In this document: positions 43,031-52,015 of the stretch, piece after piece
Layout of the letters: each line of letters starts with the position of its first letter
Position numbering within the stretch: position 1 is the stretch's first letter
Origin: Elusimicrobiota bacterium
Lineage (GTDB): Bacteria > Elusimicrobiota > Elusimicrobia > Elusimicrobiales > UBA9959
Assembly (NCBI GenBank): GCA_003450815.1
Contig: DMES01000077.1
Coordinates: 17,681 to 81,680, forward strand
Direction of reading: 5' to 3'
Length of the DNA: 64,000 nucleotides
Made by a program: the position numbers and the translations under genes
Notes under the pieces: generated by a model
Told to the model about the DNA's origin: nothing
What the model saw: only the letters and a program-made list of their open reading frames with translations
Databases searched by the model: none

Positions 43031-44239
43031 TCAGCGCACCAGAGTGCGGGGCTTGCGTTTTAACACCTTTTTGGCGCAATCCTCAAAAATATTAAGCGCG
43101 CGGTCAAGTTGGGCGCGCGTGTGAGTGGCCGTGACGGCTACGCGTATAAGAGAGCGCTTTGGCGGCACAGCCGGGCTGATCACCGGATTGGTGAAGAGAC
43201 CGTTTTCGTACAGCGCCTTCCAGAGCGAGAAGGTCTTTATATCGTCGCCTATAATTATGGGGATGATAGGCGTTTTTGTTTCGCCGGTGTTGAACCCCAG
43301 CGCCTTAAAGCGCTCAAGCAGATACTTGGAATTGTCCCAAAGGTGTTTTATGCGTTCCGGCTCCGTTTCTATTATGTCTATGGCCTTGATAATGGAGGCC
43401 GTGGACGACGGCGGCAGGGCCGCGGAGAACATCATAGAGCGTGAAATATGCTGGATATAATGCAGGACATCTTTTGCGCCAACCACAAAACCGCCTATTG
43501 AGGCGAAGGATTTGGAGCAGGTTCCCACCACCAGGTCCACCTCGCCGTGTTCAAGGCCAAAATATTCGCAGGTGCCCCTTCCTGTTTTGCCAAGAACACC
43601 GGTGGCATGGGCATCGTCCACCATAAAGCGCGCACCGTATTTTTTGCAGACCTTGGCTATTTCGGGAATCGGGGCGATATCCCCTTCCATGGAAAAAACA
43701 CCGTCCACTATAACAAGCCGCCCGCGTTTGGGGCCGACATCTTTAAGCACCCGTTCCAGATCCTGGACATTATTGTGCCTGAAACGGCGTATCTCTCCGT
43801 TTGAAAGTTTGCAGCCGTCAAAGATGCTGGCGTGGTCAAGCTTATCCACCACAGCCACATCACCCTTCCCGACCAAAGCCGAGACTACTCCCAAATTCAT
43901 CTGATAACCGGTGGAATAAATGAGTGCCGCTTCCCTTCCCTTAAACGCGGCAAGACGATTTTCAAGTTCAGTATGCAGTACGGTGTTGCCGTTAAGGAAC
44001 CGCGATCCGGCCATGCCGGTGCCGAATTTTTTCACGGCGTCTATGGCGGCCTGCTTCATTCTGGGATCATTTGCCAGGCCCAGGTAGTTGTTTGAGCCGA
44101 ACATTATGAATTTTTTTCCCTCTATCTCAACTTCAGGAGCCTGTTCGGAGGCCATTTCCTTGAAATAGGGGTAGATCCCGGCTTCCGTCAATTCCTTAAC
44201 AATAGTAAAATCTCGGCATTTTTCAAATAAGTCGTTCAT
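43031..44239 (-). CDS. PLP-dependent alpha-oxoamine synthase (Spt/Kbl/BioF family; motifs closest to serine palmitoyltransferase)
   Basis: GSNNYLGL, GSRFLNGNT, RFRHNNVQDLERVL, DDAHATGVLG and the PLP-Lys context GTCSKSF. Confidence 0.8.
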   Translation of the reverse strand: MNDLFEKCRDFTIVKELTEAGIYPYFKEMASEQAPEVEIEGKKFIMFGSNNYLGLANDPRMKQAAIDAVKKFGTGMAGSRFLNGNTVLHTELENRLAAFKGREAALIYSTGYQMNLGVVSALVGKGDVAVVDKLDHASIFDGCKLSNGEIRRFRHNNVQDLERVLKDVGPKRGRLVIVDGVFSMEGDIAPIPEIAKVCKKYGARFMVDDAHATGVLGKTGRGTCEYFGLEHGEVDLVVGTCSKSFASIGGFVVGAKDVLHYIQHISRSMMFSAALPPSSTASIIKAIDIIETEPERIKHLWDNSKYLLERFKALGFNTGETKTPIIPIIIGDDIKTFSLWKALYENGLFTNPVISPAVPPKRSLIRVAVTATHTRAQLDRALNIFEDCAKKVLKRKPRTLVR

Positions 44240-44306
44240 GGATTCCTCATACTACTATTGTAGTAAATTGACCGCCGTTCTTCAATGCGGCGCGGAGCGC
44301 GCCGCA

Positions 44307-44437
44307 GTCACAAGTTGCAAGTCACAGGTCACAAGTAAGAAAAACTGAGGATTTTGAATTATTGCGGCCGGAACCGACAAGCGGCCCGTCTTTTGTCTTA
44401 CCTCTTCACTTGTGACCTGTGACCTGTGACTTGTGAC
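44307..44437. repeat. inverted GTCACAR heptamer arrays
   Basis: Left arm 44307-44341, right arm 44404-44437 (CTTCACT TGTGACC TGTGACC TGTGACT TGTGACT). The right arm is the 3' end of the rfaE2 CDS. Adjacent GC hairpin GCGGCGCG-gag-CGCGCCGC (44287-44305). Confidence 0.85.
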
Positions 44438-44912
44438 TAGAAAGATGGCCTTTAGCCAGCTTTCGAATAATGCCCGTGGTGGAACGGCCTTCCACAAGCG
44501 GTATTCTTACTGTTCGCCCTGCGAACCCGGCACCGACTATTTCGGAGGCTTTATAGTCGGCTCCTTTAACCAGGATGTCCGGTTTAAGTGTTTTAATCAG
44601 TGCAAAAGGGGTATCGGAGCTGAAAATAACCACAGCGTCAACGGCGGCAAGCGCCGCAAGCACTCTTGCGCGGTCTTTTTGACAGTTTACCGGGCGGCTG
44701 GAGCCCTTAAGACGCTTAACGGAGGAATCGGAATTAACACCAAGAAACAAAAAATCACCCAGAGAGCGGGCTTTTTCCAACAGGGCTATATGCCCCGCGT
44801 GCAGTATATCAAAACAGCCGTTGGTGAAAACGGCTGTTTTACCCTTTTGAGAGAGCGCGCGGCGCAACACCAAAGCTTTTTTGAGCGAAACCAGCTTGTT
44901 GTTTGTGTCCAT
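44406..44912 (-). CDS. rfaE2: D-glycero-beta-D-manno-heptose 1-phosphate adenylyltransferase (RfaE domain II)
   Basis: Cytidylyltransferase motif FTNGCFDILHAGH. The C-terminal tail HLSSHKSQVTGHK is encoded by the heptamer repeat. Confidence 0.85.
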   Translation of the reverse strand: MDTNNKLVSLKKALVLRRALSQKGKTAVFTNGCFDILHAGHIALLEKARSLGDFLFLGVNSDSSVKRLKGSSRPVNCQKDRARVLAALAAVDAVVIFSSDTPFALIKTLKPDILVKGADYKASEIVGAGFAGRTVRIPLVEGRSTTGIIRKLAKGHLSSHKSQVTGHK

Positions 44913-44918
44913 AAACGA

Positions 44919-45016
44919 CAGTAGACAGAATACAGTAGTTAGAATTCAGAAGTAAGATTTAAACTGTTTTCCGACTTCTGAATTCTGGCTTCTGACTTCT
45001 GTATTCCGACTTCAGG
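44919..45016. repeat. inverted array, AGTAGAC AGAATWC AGTAGTY AGAATTC family
   Basis: Left arm 44919-44956, right arm 44971-45016. The left arm is about 85-90 percent identical to those at 48207 and 56075 (by eye). Confidence 0.85.
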
Positions 45017-45036
45017 CTATCTAAATAGCTACCACC

Positions 45037-46398
45037 CTAAACCTGAACCTTTTCCTTAGCCGGAGCTAACAGTCTTTCCATAAAGCCGGTATCGGTACGA
45101 CCCGCGCGAAAATCCTTGTTCGCAACTATAAGCCTGTGCGCATCCAGCGTGGTTTTTATACCGCCCACACGGAATTCGTCCAGGGCTCTGGCGGAGCGGG
45201 CTACGGCGGCATTTCTATCACTGCCCCAGACTATCAGTTTCGCCAGCATACTGTCGTAATAAACAGGCAAACTATAACCCTGATAGACATGAGTGTCAAC
45301 CCTTACCCCGGGGCCTCCCGGCAGCAGCCATTCCTCAACGCGGCCGACCGAAGGGGCAAAATTGCGGGTGAAGTCCTCTGCGTTTACGCGATGCTCTATG
45401 GAATGGCCGGTGAACGGGACGCTGCATCCGTTGGTGAAAGAAATTTTTTCTCCGGCGGCCGCGAGCAGCTGCTCGCGCACCAGATCGGCGCCGGTAATAA
45501 ATTCCGTTACAGGGTGCTCCACCTGCAGACGGGTGTTTACTTCCATGAAATAAAAATTACCTTCTTTGTCCAGCAGGAACTCCACCGTGCCTACGCCCGT
45601 ATAGTCGGCGGCCTCGGCCAGTTTTAGAGCGGCTTCTTCCAGCTTTTTCCTTAAACTCCGTGGAACCGCCGGAGAGGGGGATTCTTCCAGCAGTTTCTGG
45701 TGTCGGCGCTGTATGCTGCAGTCGCGCTCCGGAAAAGCCGCCGCGGAACCGTGGGAGTCGCGCACAAACTGCACTTCTATGTGGCGGGGGTTTTCTATAT
45801 ATTTCTCAAGATAAACTTCGTCGTTACCAAAGGCCGCTTTGGCCTCCGACTGGGCCATCTGCAATTCGTGGGCCAGCTGGGACTTTTCACGCACTATCCT
45901 TATACCTTTTCCTCCGCCTCCGGCGGCCGCCTTTATCATAACAGGATAGCCTATTTTTTGGGCTTCGGGACCGCAGTTTTTTGAGACGCAGTCCTTCGTG
46001 CCCGGCGTTATCGGGATGCCGGCCTTAACGGCCATTTTACGGGCGGCCGCTTTGTGGCCCAGAAGACGTATGGAGTTTGGCGATGGGCCGATGAACACCA
46101 GGCCGTTTGCGGCGCAGGCTTCGGAAAAATCCGCGTTTTCGGCCAAGAACCCGTAGCCGGGGTGAATGGCTTCGGCTCCTGTCAATTTAGCGGCTGAAAT
46201 GACAGCCGCGATGTTAAGGTAGCTCTCACGGGCCATAGCGGGACCTATACAAACAGCCATGTCCGCCGTACGCACATGAAAACAGGAACGGTCGGCCTCG
46301 GAATAAACGGCCGCAGATTGCACACCCATTTCCCTGAGGGTGCGTATAACGCGTACAGCTATTTCACCGCGGTTTGCTATGAGGACTTTTTTAAACAT
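45037..46398 (-). CDS. accC: acetyl-CoA carboxylase biotin carboxylase subunit
   Basis: KVLIANRGEIAVR, GYPVMIKAAAGGGGKGIR and MEVNTRLQVEHPVTE. ATG 46398 has GGAGGG upstream. Confidence 0.95.
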   Translation of the reverse strand: MFKKVLIANRGEIAVRVIRTLREMGVQSAAVYSEADRSCFHVRTADMAVCIGPAMARESYLNIAAVISAAKLTGAEAIHPGYGFLAENADFSEACAANGLVFIGPSPNSIRLLGHKAAARKMAVKAGIPITPGTKDCVSKNCGPEAQKIGYPVMIKAAAGGGGKGIRIVREKSQLAHELQMAQSEAKAAFGNDEVYLEKYIENPRHIEVQFVRDSHGSAAAFPERDCSIQRRHQKLLEESPSPAVPRSLRKKLEEAALKLAEAADYTGVGTVEFLLDKEGNFYFMEVNTRLQVEHPVTEFITGADLVREQLLAAAGEKISFTNGCSVPFTGHSIEHRVNAEDFTRNFAPSVGRVEEWLLPGGPGVRVDTHVYQGYSLPVYYDSMLAKLIVWGSDRNAAVARSARALDEFRVGGIKTTLDAHRLIVANKDFRAGRTDTGFMERLLAPAKEKVQV

Positions 46399-46414
46399 TG
46401 AACCCTCCAAAATT

Positions 46415-46521
46415 AAGTTGAGAGTTAAAGAGTTTGGGAGTTTTAGCGTTTAGAATTATGAGTTTAAGAGTCGGTGCTCTTCAAACTCCTTAACTCCCAA
46501 ACTCTCAACTCCTAAACTCCC
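46415..46521. repeat. inverted array of GAGTTnnn units (period 7-8)
   Basis: Left arm 46415-46470, right arm 46478-46521 (AACTCC repeats). Confidence 0.8.
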
Positions 46522-48188
46522 TACTTCTGCTCGTCCGAACCGGGAACCGGCTGCCGGCTTTTTTCAATCTTTGCGCTCGCGGTCCAAAGATTCACATTGA
46601 AAACCATAATATCCCTGATCTCCTTGGTTTTAGTTCCCGGTTTAAGGGATTCTTCCCTTAAAACAACCCTGTACTCGGGCCCGGAGATATGCGCGGCGAG
46701 CCAGGAATCCTTCGGCAGAAATTTAGCTTTTTGGTGGCCGAGCTTGGCTGTTAAAGCCGACAACGCGCGCCAGCGCGACTCAATAATCGAGGTTTGGTTG
46801 GGGGACAGGCGCAAGTGCTGCGCAAAAGCTATGGCCTCCGGCTTCGCGTCGCCGTTTAAAAACCGCAGACGCACCGCTGTTTCCTTTTTATTCCCTTCTC
46901 CTTCGCATACCATTCCCGCCTTCATGGCGTCGTCCAGAGCATTTTCGTATTTTTTCAACCTTACAAAGGCGTCGGCGCGGCTTATGTATATGGGGCATTG
47001 CTCTTTTGGTAAAAGCCGGGTATCGTCAAGCAGAGCGTCATATTCCTTTATGGCCGGCTCAAGTTTATCAAGAAAGCGCAGGCTTTCTGCGTAGTAGAAC
47101 CTGTACCAGAAAATTTCCGCCGGCGAAAAACCGACCGGATAAGTTTTTGCCGTGGCTAAAGTCTCCCCGCAGGATTCCTCCGATTTATCATAAATTTTCA
47201 TAAAAAACTCGGAAACGCATAAATAACCCGAGGCCCTGGGGTCAATAGGGTCTGTAAGGTAAAGCTTTTGCGCCAGAAACAGCGCCAGGGGATAGTCCTG
47301 CCGGGCCAGGGCCGAGTCTATAGGCTCAAAAAGCGTCCAGATATAGGGCCTGGCCCATTTGCCGTTTTCCCTAACAAAGGAAATATAATCAGGCTGACAG
47401 GCCGTGCCATTTTCACACAGCTGGTATTTCACCATGGCGCCGGTCTTGCCTATCGAAAACACTTCTATGTCCTTAAACTCCCAACGCGGAGATTGCGCAT
47501 AATATTCCTTGCTGCGCTTTACATATTCTTCCGCAGAACAGACCACTTTGGAATTTGTAGACAGCAGATCATAGGCCTCGCGGTAGCGGCCATTTGAAAG
47601 CTTTTCAAGATATCCGGCGGCCGCACGCTTGAGCATGAAGCCGGGAAGGCCTGGTGCCAGCAGCAAATAGGCCGCCATAAATGCGACCAGGGTAATTATA
47701 AGCCCAAGCATGACGGGTTGATATTTTTTAACAAGCGGGGGAACTTCCACGGAGACTGTCCGTGCAGTTTTATCCTCCGGCGCTGGTGGAGCGGCGGGGT
47801 GCGTTTTGGAGATTTCGGCTTTTTTAAGGTTTCTGTAGGAGATATCCCTTTCGTTTACCGTGTCCTGTATGGGCTGTATTTCCAGCTGCTGGCCGGCGGA
47901 GAATCGCGGATTATTGCGGTCTTCTTTAGCTCGTATGTTCTTCTGCTCCGTGAAAAAAAGTTTTTTCGCTTCTGGCGCTGCACCGTCTTCAGACTCTTGC
48001 GCGGCCGCCGGTTTCATCACAAAAAGACCGCCGCACTGATCGCAGTAATTCTTTTCAACCGCATTGGAAAAACCGCAGATCCCGCAAAGCTTTTCAAGCT
48101 TCGTATTGCATTGAATGCAGGTGTCGGTAAGTATATTGGGTTCGAAACCACACCGGGGGCACCGTATAACAGAGAGGTTTGGAGGCAT
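46521..48188 (-). CDS. membrane protein with N-terminal double zinc-ribbon
   Basis: CPRCG..CIQCN..CGICG..CDQCG, then one TM segment (VMLGLIITLVAFMAAYLLL) and a large C-terminal domain. ATG 48188 preferred over the ORF-track TTG 48206. Confidence 0.6.
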   Translation of the reverse strand: MPPNLSVIRCPRCGFEPNILTDTCIQCNTKLEKLCGICGFSNAVEKNYCDQCGGLFVMKPAAAQESEDGAAPEAKKLFFTEQKNIRAKEDRNNPRFSAGQQLEIQPIQDTVNERDISYRNLKKAEISKTHPAAPPAPEDKTARTVSVEVPPLVKKYQPVMLGLIITLVAFMAAYLLLAPGLPGFMLKRAAAGYLEKLSNGRYREAYDLLSTNSKVVCSAEEYVKRSKEYYAQSPRWEFKDIEVFSIGKTGAMVKYQLCENGTACQPDYISFVRENGKWARPYIWTLFEPIDSALARQDYPLALFLAQKLYLTDPIDPRASGYLCVSEFFMKIYDKSEESCGETLATAKTYPVGFSPAEIFWYRFYYAESLRFLDKLEPAIKEYDALLDDTRLLPKEQCPIYISRADAFVRLKKYENALDDAMKAGMVCEGEGNKKETAVRLRFLNGDAKPEAIAFAQHLRLSPNQTSIIESRWRALSALTAKLGHQKAKFLPKDSWLAAHISGPEYRVVLREESLKPGTKTKEIRDIMVFNVNLWTASAKIEKSRQPVPGSDEQK

Positions 48189-48206
48189 ATCTAAGTTACT
48201 GCCCAA

Positions 48207-48341
48207 GTAGACAGAATTCAGTAGTCAGAATTCTGAACTGGTGGTTACCTGCATTACCCTTCTTCAGCCTTCAAGGTCCTTGGCGAGATTAAATGTGTCT
48301 TGGTTTTTCTACTGACTTCTGAATTCTGACTCCTGGCTTCT
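48207..48341. repeat. inverted array, AGTAGAC AGAATTC AGTAGTC AGAATTC family
   Basis: Left arm 48207-48240, right arm 48310-48341. Confidence 0.85.
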
Positions 48342-48371
48342 TAAGTGGTTATATCAATTGTAATTTTCGGT

Positions 48372-48749
48372 TTATCTCGGCTCTATAAAAAATAAGGGTT
48401 GCCCGTATTCCACTGGCTTGCCTTCTTCCACGGAAACTATTTTTAAAAAACCGTCCACCGGGGCTGTTACCGCTTTGTGATCTTTACCCACTTCCACCGC
48501 ACCCAGTTCCTGTCCCTTTTTAACGGAGGCGCCCTCTTTAAGCGTATTGGTTTTGCCAGGGCCGGCAAAGTGAAAAATGCCTATGGAAGGCGAAGATGCC
48601 GGAACAAGCGTGGAGGAGAGGGCAACATGGTGTTCCGGCTGGTTATTCAGTTTAAGGCTGATTTTTTCCTCGCCATCTTTCCAGGTTATTTCCTCAAGGT
48701 CGGTGGTTTCCATCCATTTGGTAAGCTGACTGAGCGTTTTCATATCCAT
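48372..48749 (-). CDS. biotin/lipoyl-attachment-domain carrier protein (AccB-like, atypical motif)
   Basis: The C-terminal domain aligns with the AccB biotinyl domain, but EAMKM is replaced by EVGKD. Confidence 0.6.
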   Translation of the reverse strand: MDMKTLSQLTKWMETTDLEEITWKDGEEKISLKLNNQPEHHVALSSTLVPASSPSIGIFHFAGPGKTNTLKEGASVKKGQELGAVEVGKDHKAVTAPVDGFLKIVSVEEGKPVEYGQPLFFIEPR

Positions 48750-48763
48750 TATACCTCCATAAA

Positions 48764-48844
48764 CCAGGGTGTAGGGTATAGGGTTCAGGGTTTAGGGGAA
48801 GGAATAACTTGAATCCTATACCCTATACCCTGTTACCCTTCTCC
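48764..48844. repeat. inverted array of AGGGTnn heptamers
   Basis: AGGGTGT AGGGTAT AGGGTTC AGGGTTT / CCTATAC CCTATAC CCTGTTA. Confidence 0.85.
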
Positions 48845-49296
48845 TAAAGCCCCGCTTCCGAAGGGTTGAAGGGCTTGGGCAGCAGTCTGGCGGCTTTCGT
48901 ATAGGTTATCTTCTCTTTCTTTTCAAGCGGCTGCCAATCAACAAAAATCATTTCCGCGTCCTTGCACGCGAATTCAATTATCACCTGCCGGCAGGCTCCG
49001 CAAGGTTTGGCCGATTTAGCTACCAGGGCAAGCGCCCTGATCTTTTTTTCTCCGTGGCTGACCGCGTTGAAAATAGCGGTCCGCTCTGCGCAGCAGGCCA
49101 AGCCGAAAGAAGCATTTTCCACATTGCAGCCGGTGTACGTTCTCCCCGATTCCATGAGCACCGCGGCGCCGACCGGATAGCGGGAATAAGGGCAATAGGC
49201 GTTTTTTTGCGCGGTTTTGGCGGCGGCTACCAGTTTTTTCCTCACGGCGACAAGCCAGGTTTTGCGGGCCGGTTTTTTGTGCGCAACTCTTTTCAT
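48844..49296 (-). CDS. cdd: cytidine deaminase
   Basis: Zinc ligand motifs CAERTAI and PCGACRQ. Confidence 0.9.
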   Translation of the reverse strand: MKRVAHKKPARKTWLVAVRKKLVAAAKTAQKNAYCPYSRYPVGAAVLMESGRTYTGCNVENASFGLACCAERTAIFNAVSHGEKKIRALALVAKSAKPCGACRQVIIEFACKDAEMIFVDWQPLEKKEKITYTKAARLLPKPFNPSEAGL

Positions 49297-49299
49297 ATT

Positions 49300-50160
49300 C
49301 TACCCAAGGATAAAGCTAAGGCGCTTGCAGGCCGCGGCCGTAATGTTCTCTTTTGCGGTCAGAAGCGAGGTTTTAGTGAAATCGGGGCAGTTGGTACGGC
49401 ATTTTACGCCGGCGACAAGCGGAACAGCCTTAACCAGCAGCCGCCGGATGTTCTCTATATTCTTATGAAGAGTTTCGCTTACCTTATTCTGGTCCACTTC
49501 CTCGCCCTCTTTCCAGCAGTCGTAATCCGTTACCAGGGATACCGGGGCGTAGTGAAAGCCGGCTTCACGGGCAAGCTTCGCTTCAGTGGCCACAGTCATC
49601 CCTATTATGTCATAGCCCATTTTGCGGTGGTAGAATGATTCGGCTTTGGTGGAAAACCCGGGGCCCTCCATGCAGACATAAATTCCTCCGCTGTGGGATT
49701 TTATGCCCAGCTTTCTCGCCGAACCGCACAGCATGGCTGAAACAGCTCCGCAAAACGGTTCCGCCATTGGCACATGTCCCACCGCTCCGCCGCCAAAAAA
49801 TGTTGAAATTCTGCCCTTGGTCTCATCCACAAACTGGTCCGGGAAAACAAAATGGGCGGGTGCAAGTCCTGCTTTCAGCGAACCCACGGCGCTTGCCGAG
49901 ATGATGGTTTTTACGCCCAGGAACTTCAGCGCCCACATATTGGCTCTTTGCGGTATTTCGCCCGGCAGTATGGTATGTCTTCGCCCGTGACGGGGCAGGA
50001 AGGCCACGGGTATGCCGGAAATTTTGCCTGTGATTATCACATCCGAAGGATTGCCGAAGGGGGTTTTGACCTTTAGTTCCTTTTTATCCTTAAGTTCATC
50101 CATCCGATAAAGCCCGCTGCCGCCTATAACGGCTATTTCAAATTTATACTTAATCGCCAT
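49300..50160 (-). CDS. mtnP: S-methyl-5'-thioadenosine phosphorylase / PNP family
   Basis: IGGSGLY and FLPRHGRRH phosphate site; 286 aa. Confidence 0.8.
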   Translation of the reverse strand: MAIKYKFEIAVIGGSGLYRMDELKDKKELKVKTPFGNPSDVIITGKISGIPVAFLPRHGRRHTILPGEIPQRANMWALKFLGVKTIISASAVGSLKAGLAPAHFVFPDQFVDETKGRISTFFGGGAVGHVPMAEPFCGAVSAMLCGSARKLGIKSHSGGIYVCMEGPGFSTKAESFYHRKMGYDIIGMTVATEAKLAREAGFHYAPVSLVTDYDCWKEGEEVDQNKVSETLHKNIENIRRLLVKAVPLVAGVKCRTNCPDFTKTSLLTAKENITAAACKRLSFILG

Positions 50161-50221
50161 TCCGATCTCCTAATATAGAGCGCTGAATGAATTTTATAAT
50201 AATTTAAGGTCTTTGGGACAC

Positions 50222-51472
50222 TTAAATCTTAAAATCGGGGTATATCGGGAACTTATCGCATAGCCCTTTTACTTTTTCAGCTATGCCTTTCAGGGCCTTA
50301 TCGGAGCCTTTGTTCGTTATGGCTTCATCGATATAGCCGGCTATAGCCGCCATGTCCCGGTCTTTCATTCCCCTGGTAGTGATGGCAGGGGTGCCTATCC
50401 TTATACCACTTGTCACCATTGGAGGCTGCGGGTCGTAAGGTATAGTGTTCTTGTTCACTGTGATGCCCGCCTTATCCAGGGCTATTTCAGCGTCTTTGCC
50501 GGTGATGTCCTTGGCCCGAAGGTCAACGCTCATCAGATGGCAATCCGTCCCGCCGGACACTATACGGTAACCCCTGGCCTGCAGCTCGCGGGCCAGTTTG
50601 CGCGCGTTCTTCAGCACCTGTTTCTGATATTCCGTAAACGCGGGGGAAAGCGCTTCTTTGAAACAGACAGCTTTAGCCGCGATGGCGTGCATAAGCGGGC
50701 CGCCCTGGTTGCCGGGGAAGTTGGTGCGGTCTATGGTTTTAGCGTACACGGCTTTTGAAAGAATAAGGCCGCCGCGCGGGCCGCGCAGTGTTTTATGGGT
50801 GGTGGAGGTGACTATGTCGGCGTATTCCACCGGAGAGGGGTATATTCCCGCGGCTATAAGGCCCGCGTAATGCGCCACATCCGTTACCAGATAGGCCTTC
50901 CAGGCGTCCGCTATTTTTTTAAGGCGTGCCCAGTTCCAGACACGGGAATAGTTGGAGGCGCCGGCCATGATCAGCCGGGGACGCTCTTTTTCTATGGTCT
51001 TTTCCGCTTCCTCATAGTCTAAAAGCTCGGTTTCCTTGCTCACGTTCATGGTGACTATTTTAAAATAGCGGCCCGAGAAGTTAAGCGGGTGGCCGTGGGA
51101 AAGATGGCCGCCGTGGGAAAGATTAAGCCCTAAAACGGTGTCGCCAGGCTTGATAAGCGAGAGATAGGCCGTAATGTTCGCCTGTGTGCCTGAATGCGGC
51201 TGCACATTGGCGTGCTGGGCCCCGAACAGCTTTTTGGCGCGTTCAATGGCCAGTTGCTCGGCCACGTCCACAAATTCGCAGCCGCCGTAATAGCGTTTGC
51301 CGGGATAGCCCTCGGCGTACTTATTGGTAAGCACCGAGCCCAGGGCTTCAAGCACGGCTTTTGAAGTGTAATTCTCTGAAGCGATCAGTTCAAGCTTATT
51401 CTGCTGGCGGGCGAGTTCACCAATGACGGCTTTGTGAAGCTGCGGGTCGGTTTTTTTTATCTCTTCGTACAT
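50222..51472 (-). CDS. glyA: serine hydroxymethyltransferase
   Basis: PLP site [14 protein letters not shown]; full-length 416 aa. Confidence 0.97.
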   Translation of the reverse strand: MYEEIKKTDPQLHKAVIGELARQQNKLELIASENYTSKAVLEALGSVLTNKYAEGYPGKRYYGGCEFVDVAEQLAIERAKKLFGAQHANVQPHSGTQANITAYLSLIKPGDTVLGLNLSHGGHLSHGHPLNFSGRYFKIVTMNVSKETELLDYEEAEKTIEKERPRLIMAGASNYSRVWNWARLKKIADAWKAYLVTDVAHYAGLIAAGIYPSPVEYADIVTSTTHKTLRGPRGGLILSKAVYAKTIDRTNFPGNQGGPLMHAIAAKAVCFKEALSPAFTEYQKQVLKNARKLARELQARGYRIVSGGTDCHLMSVDLRAKDITGKDAEIALDKAGITVNKNTIPYDPQPPMVTSGIRIGTPAITTRGMKDRDMAAIAGYIDEAITNKGSDKALKGIAEKVKGLCDKFPIYPDFKI

Positions 51473-51520
51473 TTGATTCTCCTCATTTGTTTCTGTATGG
51501 AAATTATAAGTTTCTTTATT

Positions 51521-52015
51521 TTACATTTTTTTTAGCTTTTCAAACGCCGCTTTTATGGCGGACTTTATCAGCGTGAAAACTTCAAGGTAAAAGAGGTTGT
51601 CACGGCCATAGGGGTCGGGGAGGTCTTCAGCGCCGAAACCGGCATATTCCATAAGCGTCATGGTTTTGGCTGCGGCTTCGGGAAAAAGCCTGATTACCGC
51701 CTCCTTATGTTCTTTTGTCATAGACAATATAAGGCCAGCGCTTTCGGCTATTTCAGCGGAAATCTGTTCAGGCTTATGACTGAAGTGTTTGATGCCTTCC
51801 TTTTTAAGGAGTTCAGACACTATGGCAGGTTGTAATATGTCTTTTGCCACAACAAGCCCCGCCGAAAAGAACTCCAATGCCAGCGGGGCTTTTGCGGACT
51901 GCGGGAATGCGTCCGCGGCCAGCCTGGACGCATAATATTGGGCTAAAACACTGCGGCAGGTATTGCCGGTACATACAAAAAGGATCTTCCTATTCTCCAT
52001 AGCCTTCGGGCTCAT
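51521..52015 (-). CDS. low-molecular-weight protein tyrosine/arginine phosphatase
   Basis: P-loop CTGNTCRS. An alternative start at 52000 (MENRK) is possible. Confidence 0.85.
   Translation of the reverse strand: MSPKAMENRKILFVCTGNTCRSVLAQYYASRLAADAFPQSAKAPLALEFFSAGLVVAKDILQPAIVSELLKKEGIKHFSHKPEQISAEIAESAGLILSMTKEHKEAVIRLFPEAAAKTMTLMEYAGFGAEDLPDPYGRDNLFYLEVFTLIKSAIKAAFEKLKKM

Noticed and set aside
43109-44095. Plus-strand ORFs antisense to the Spt/Kbl-like gene
   Set aside because: Shadow ORFs opposite a full-length, motif-complete PLP enzyme.
48130-48160. GGTTCGAAACC string as a tRNA T-arm
   Set aside because: It lies inside the zinc-ribbon protein CDS, with no acceptor or anticodon stems around it. 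No tRNA was found anywhere by eye, although a by-eye scan is not exhaustive.
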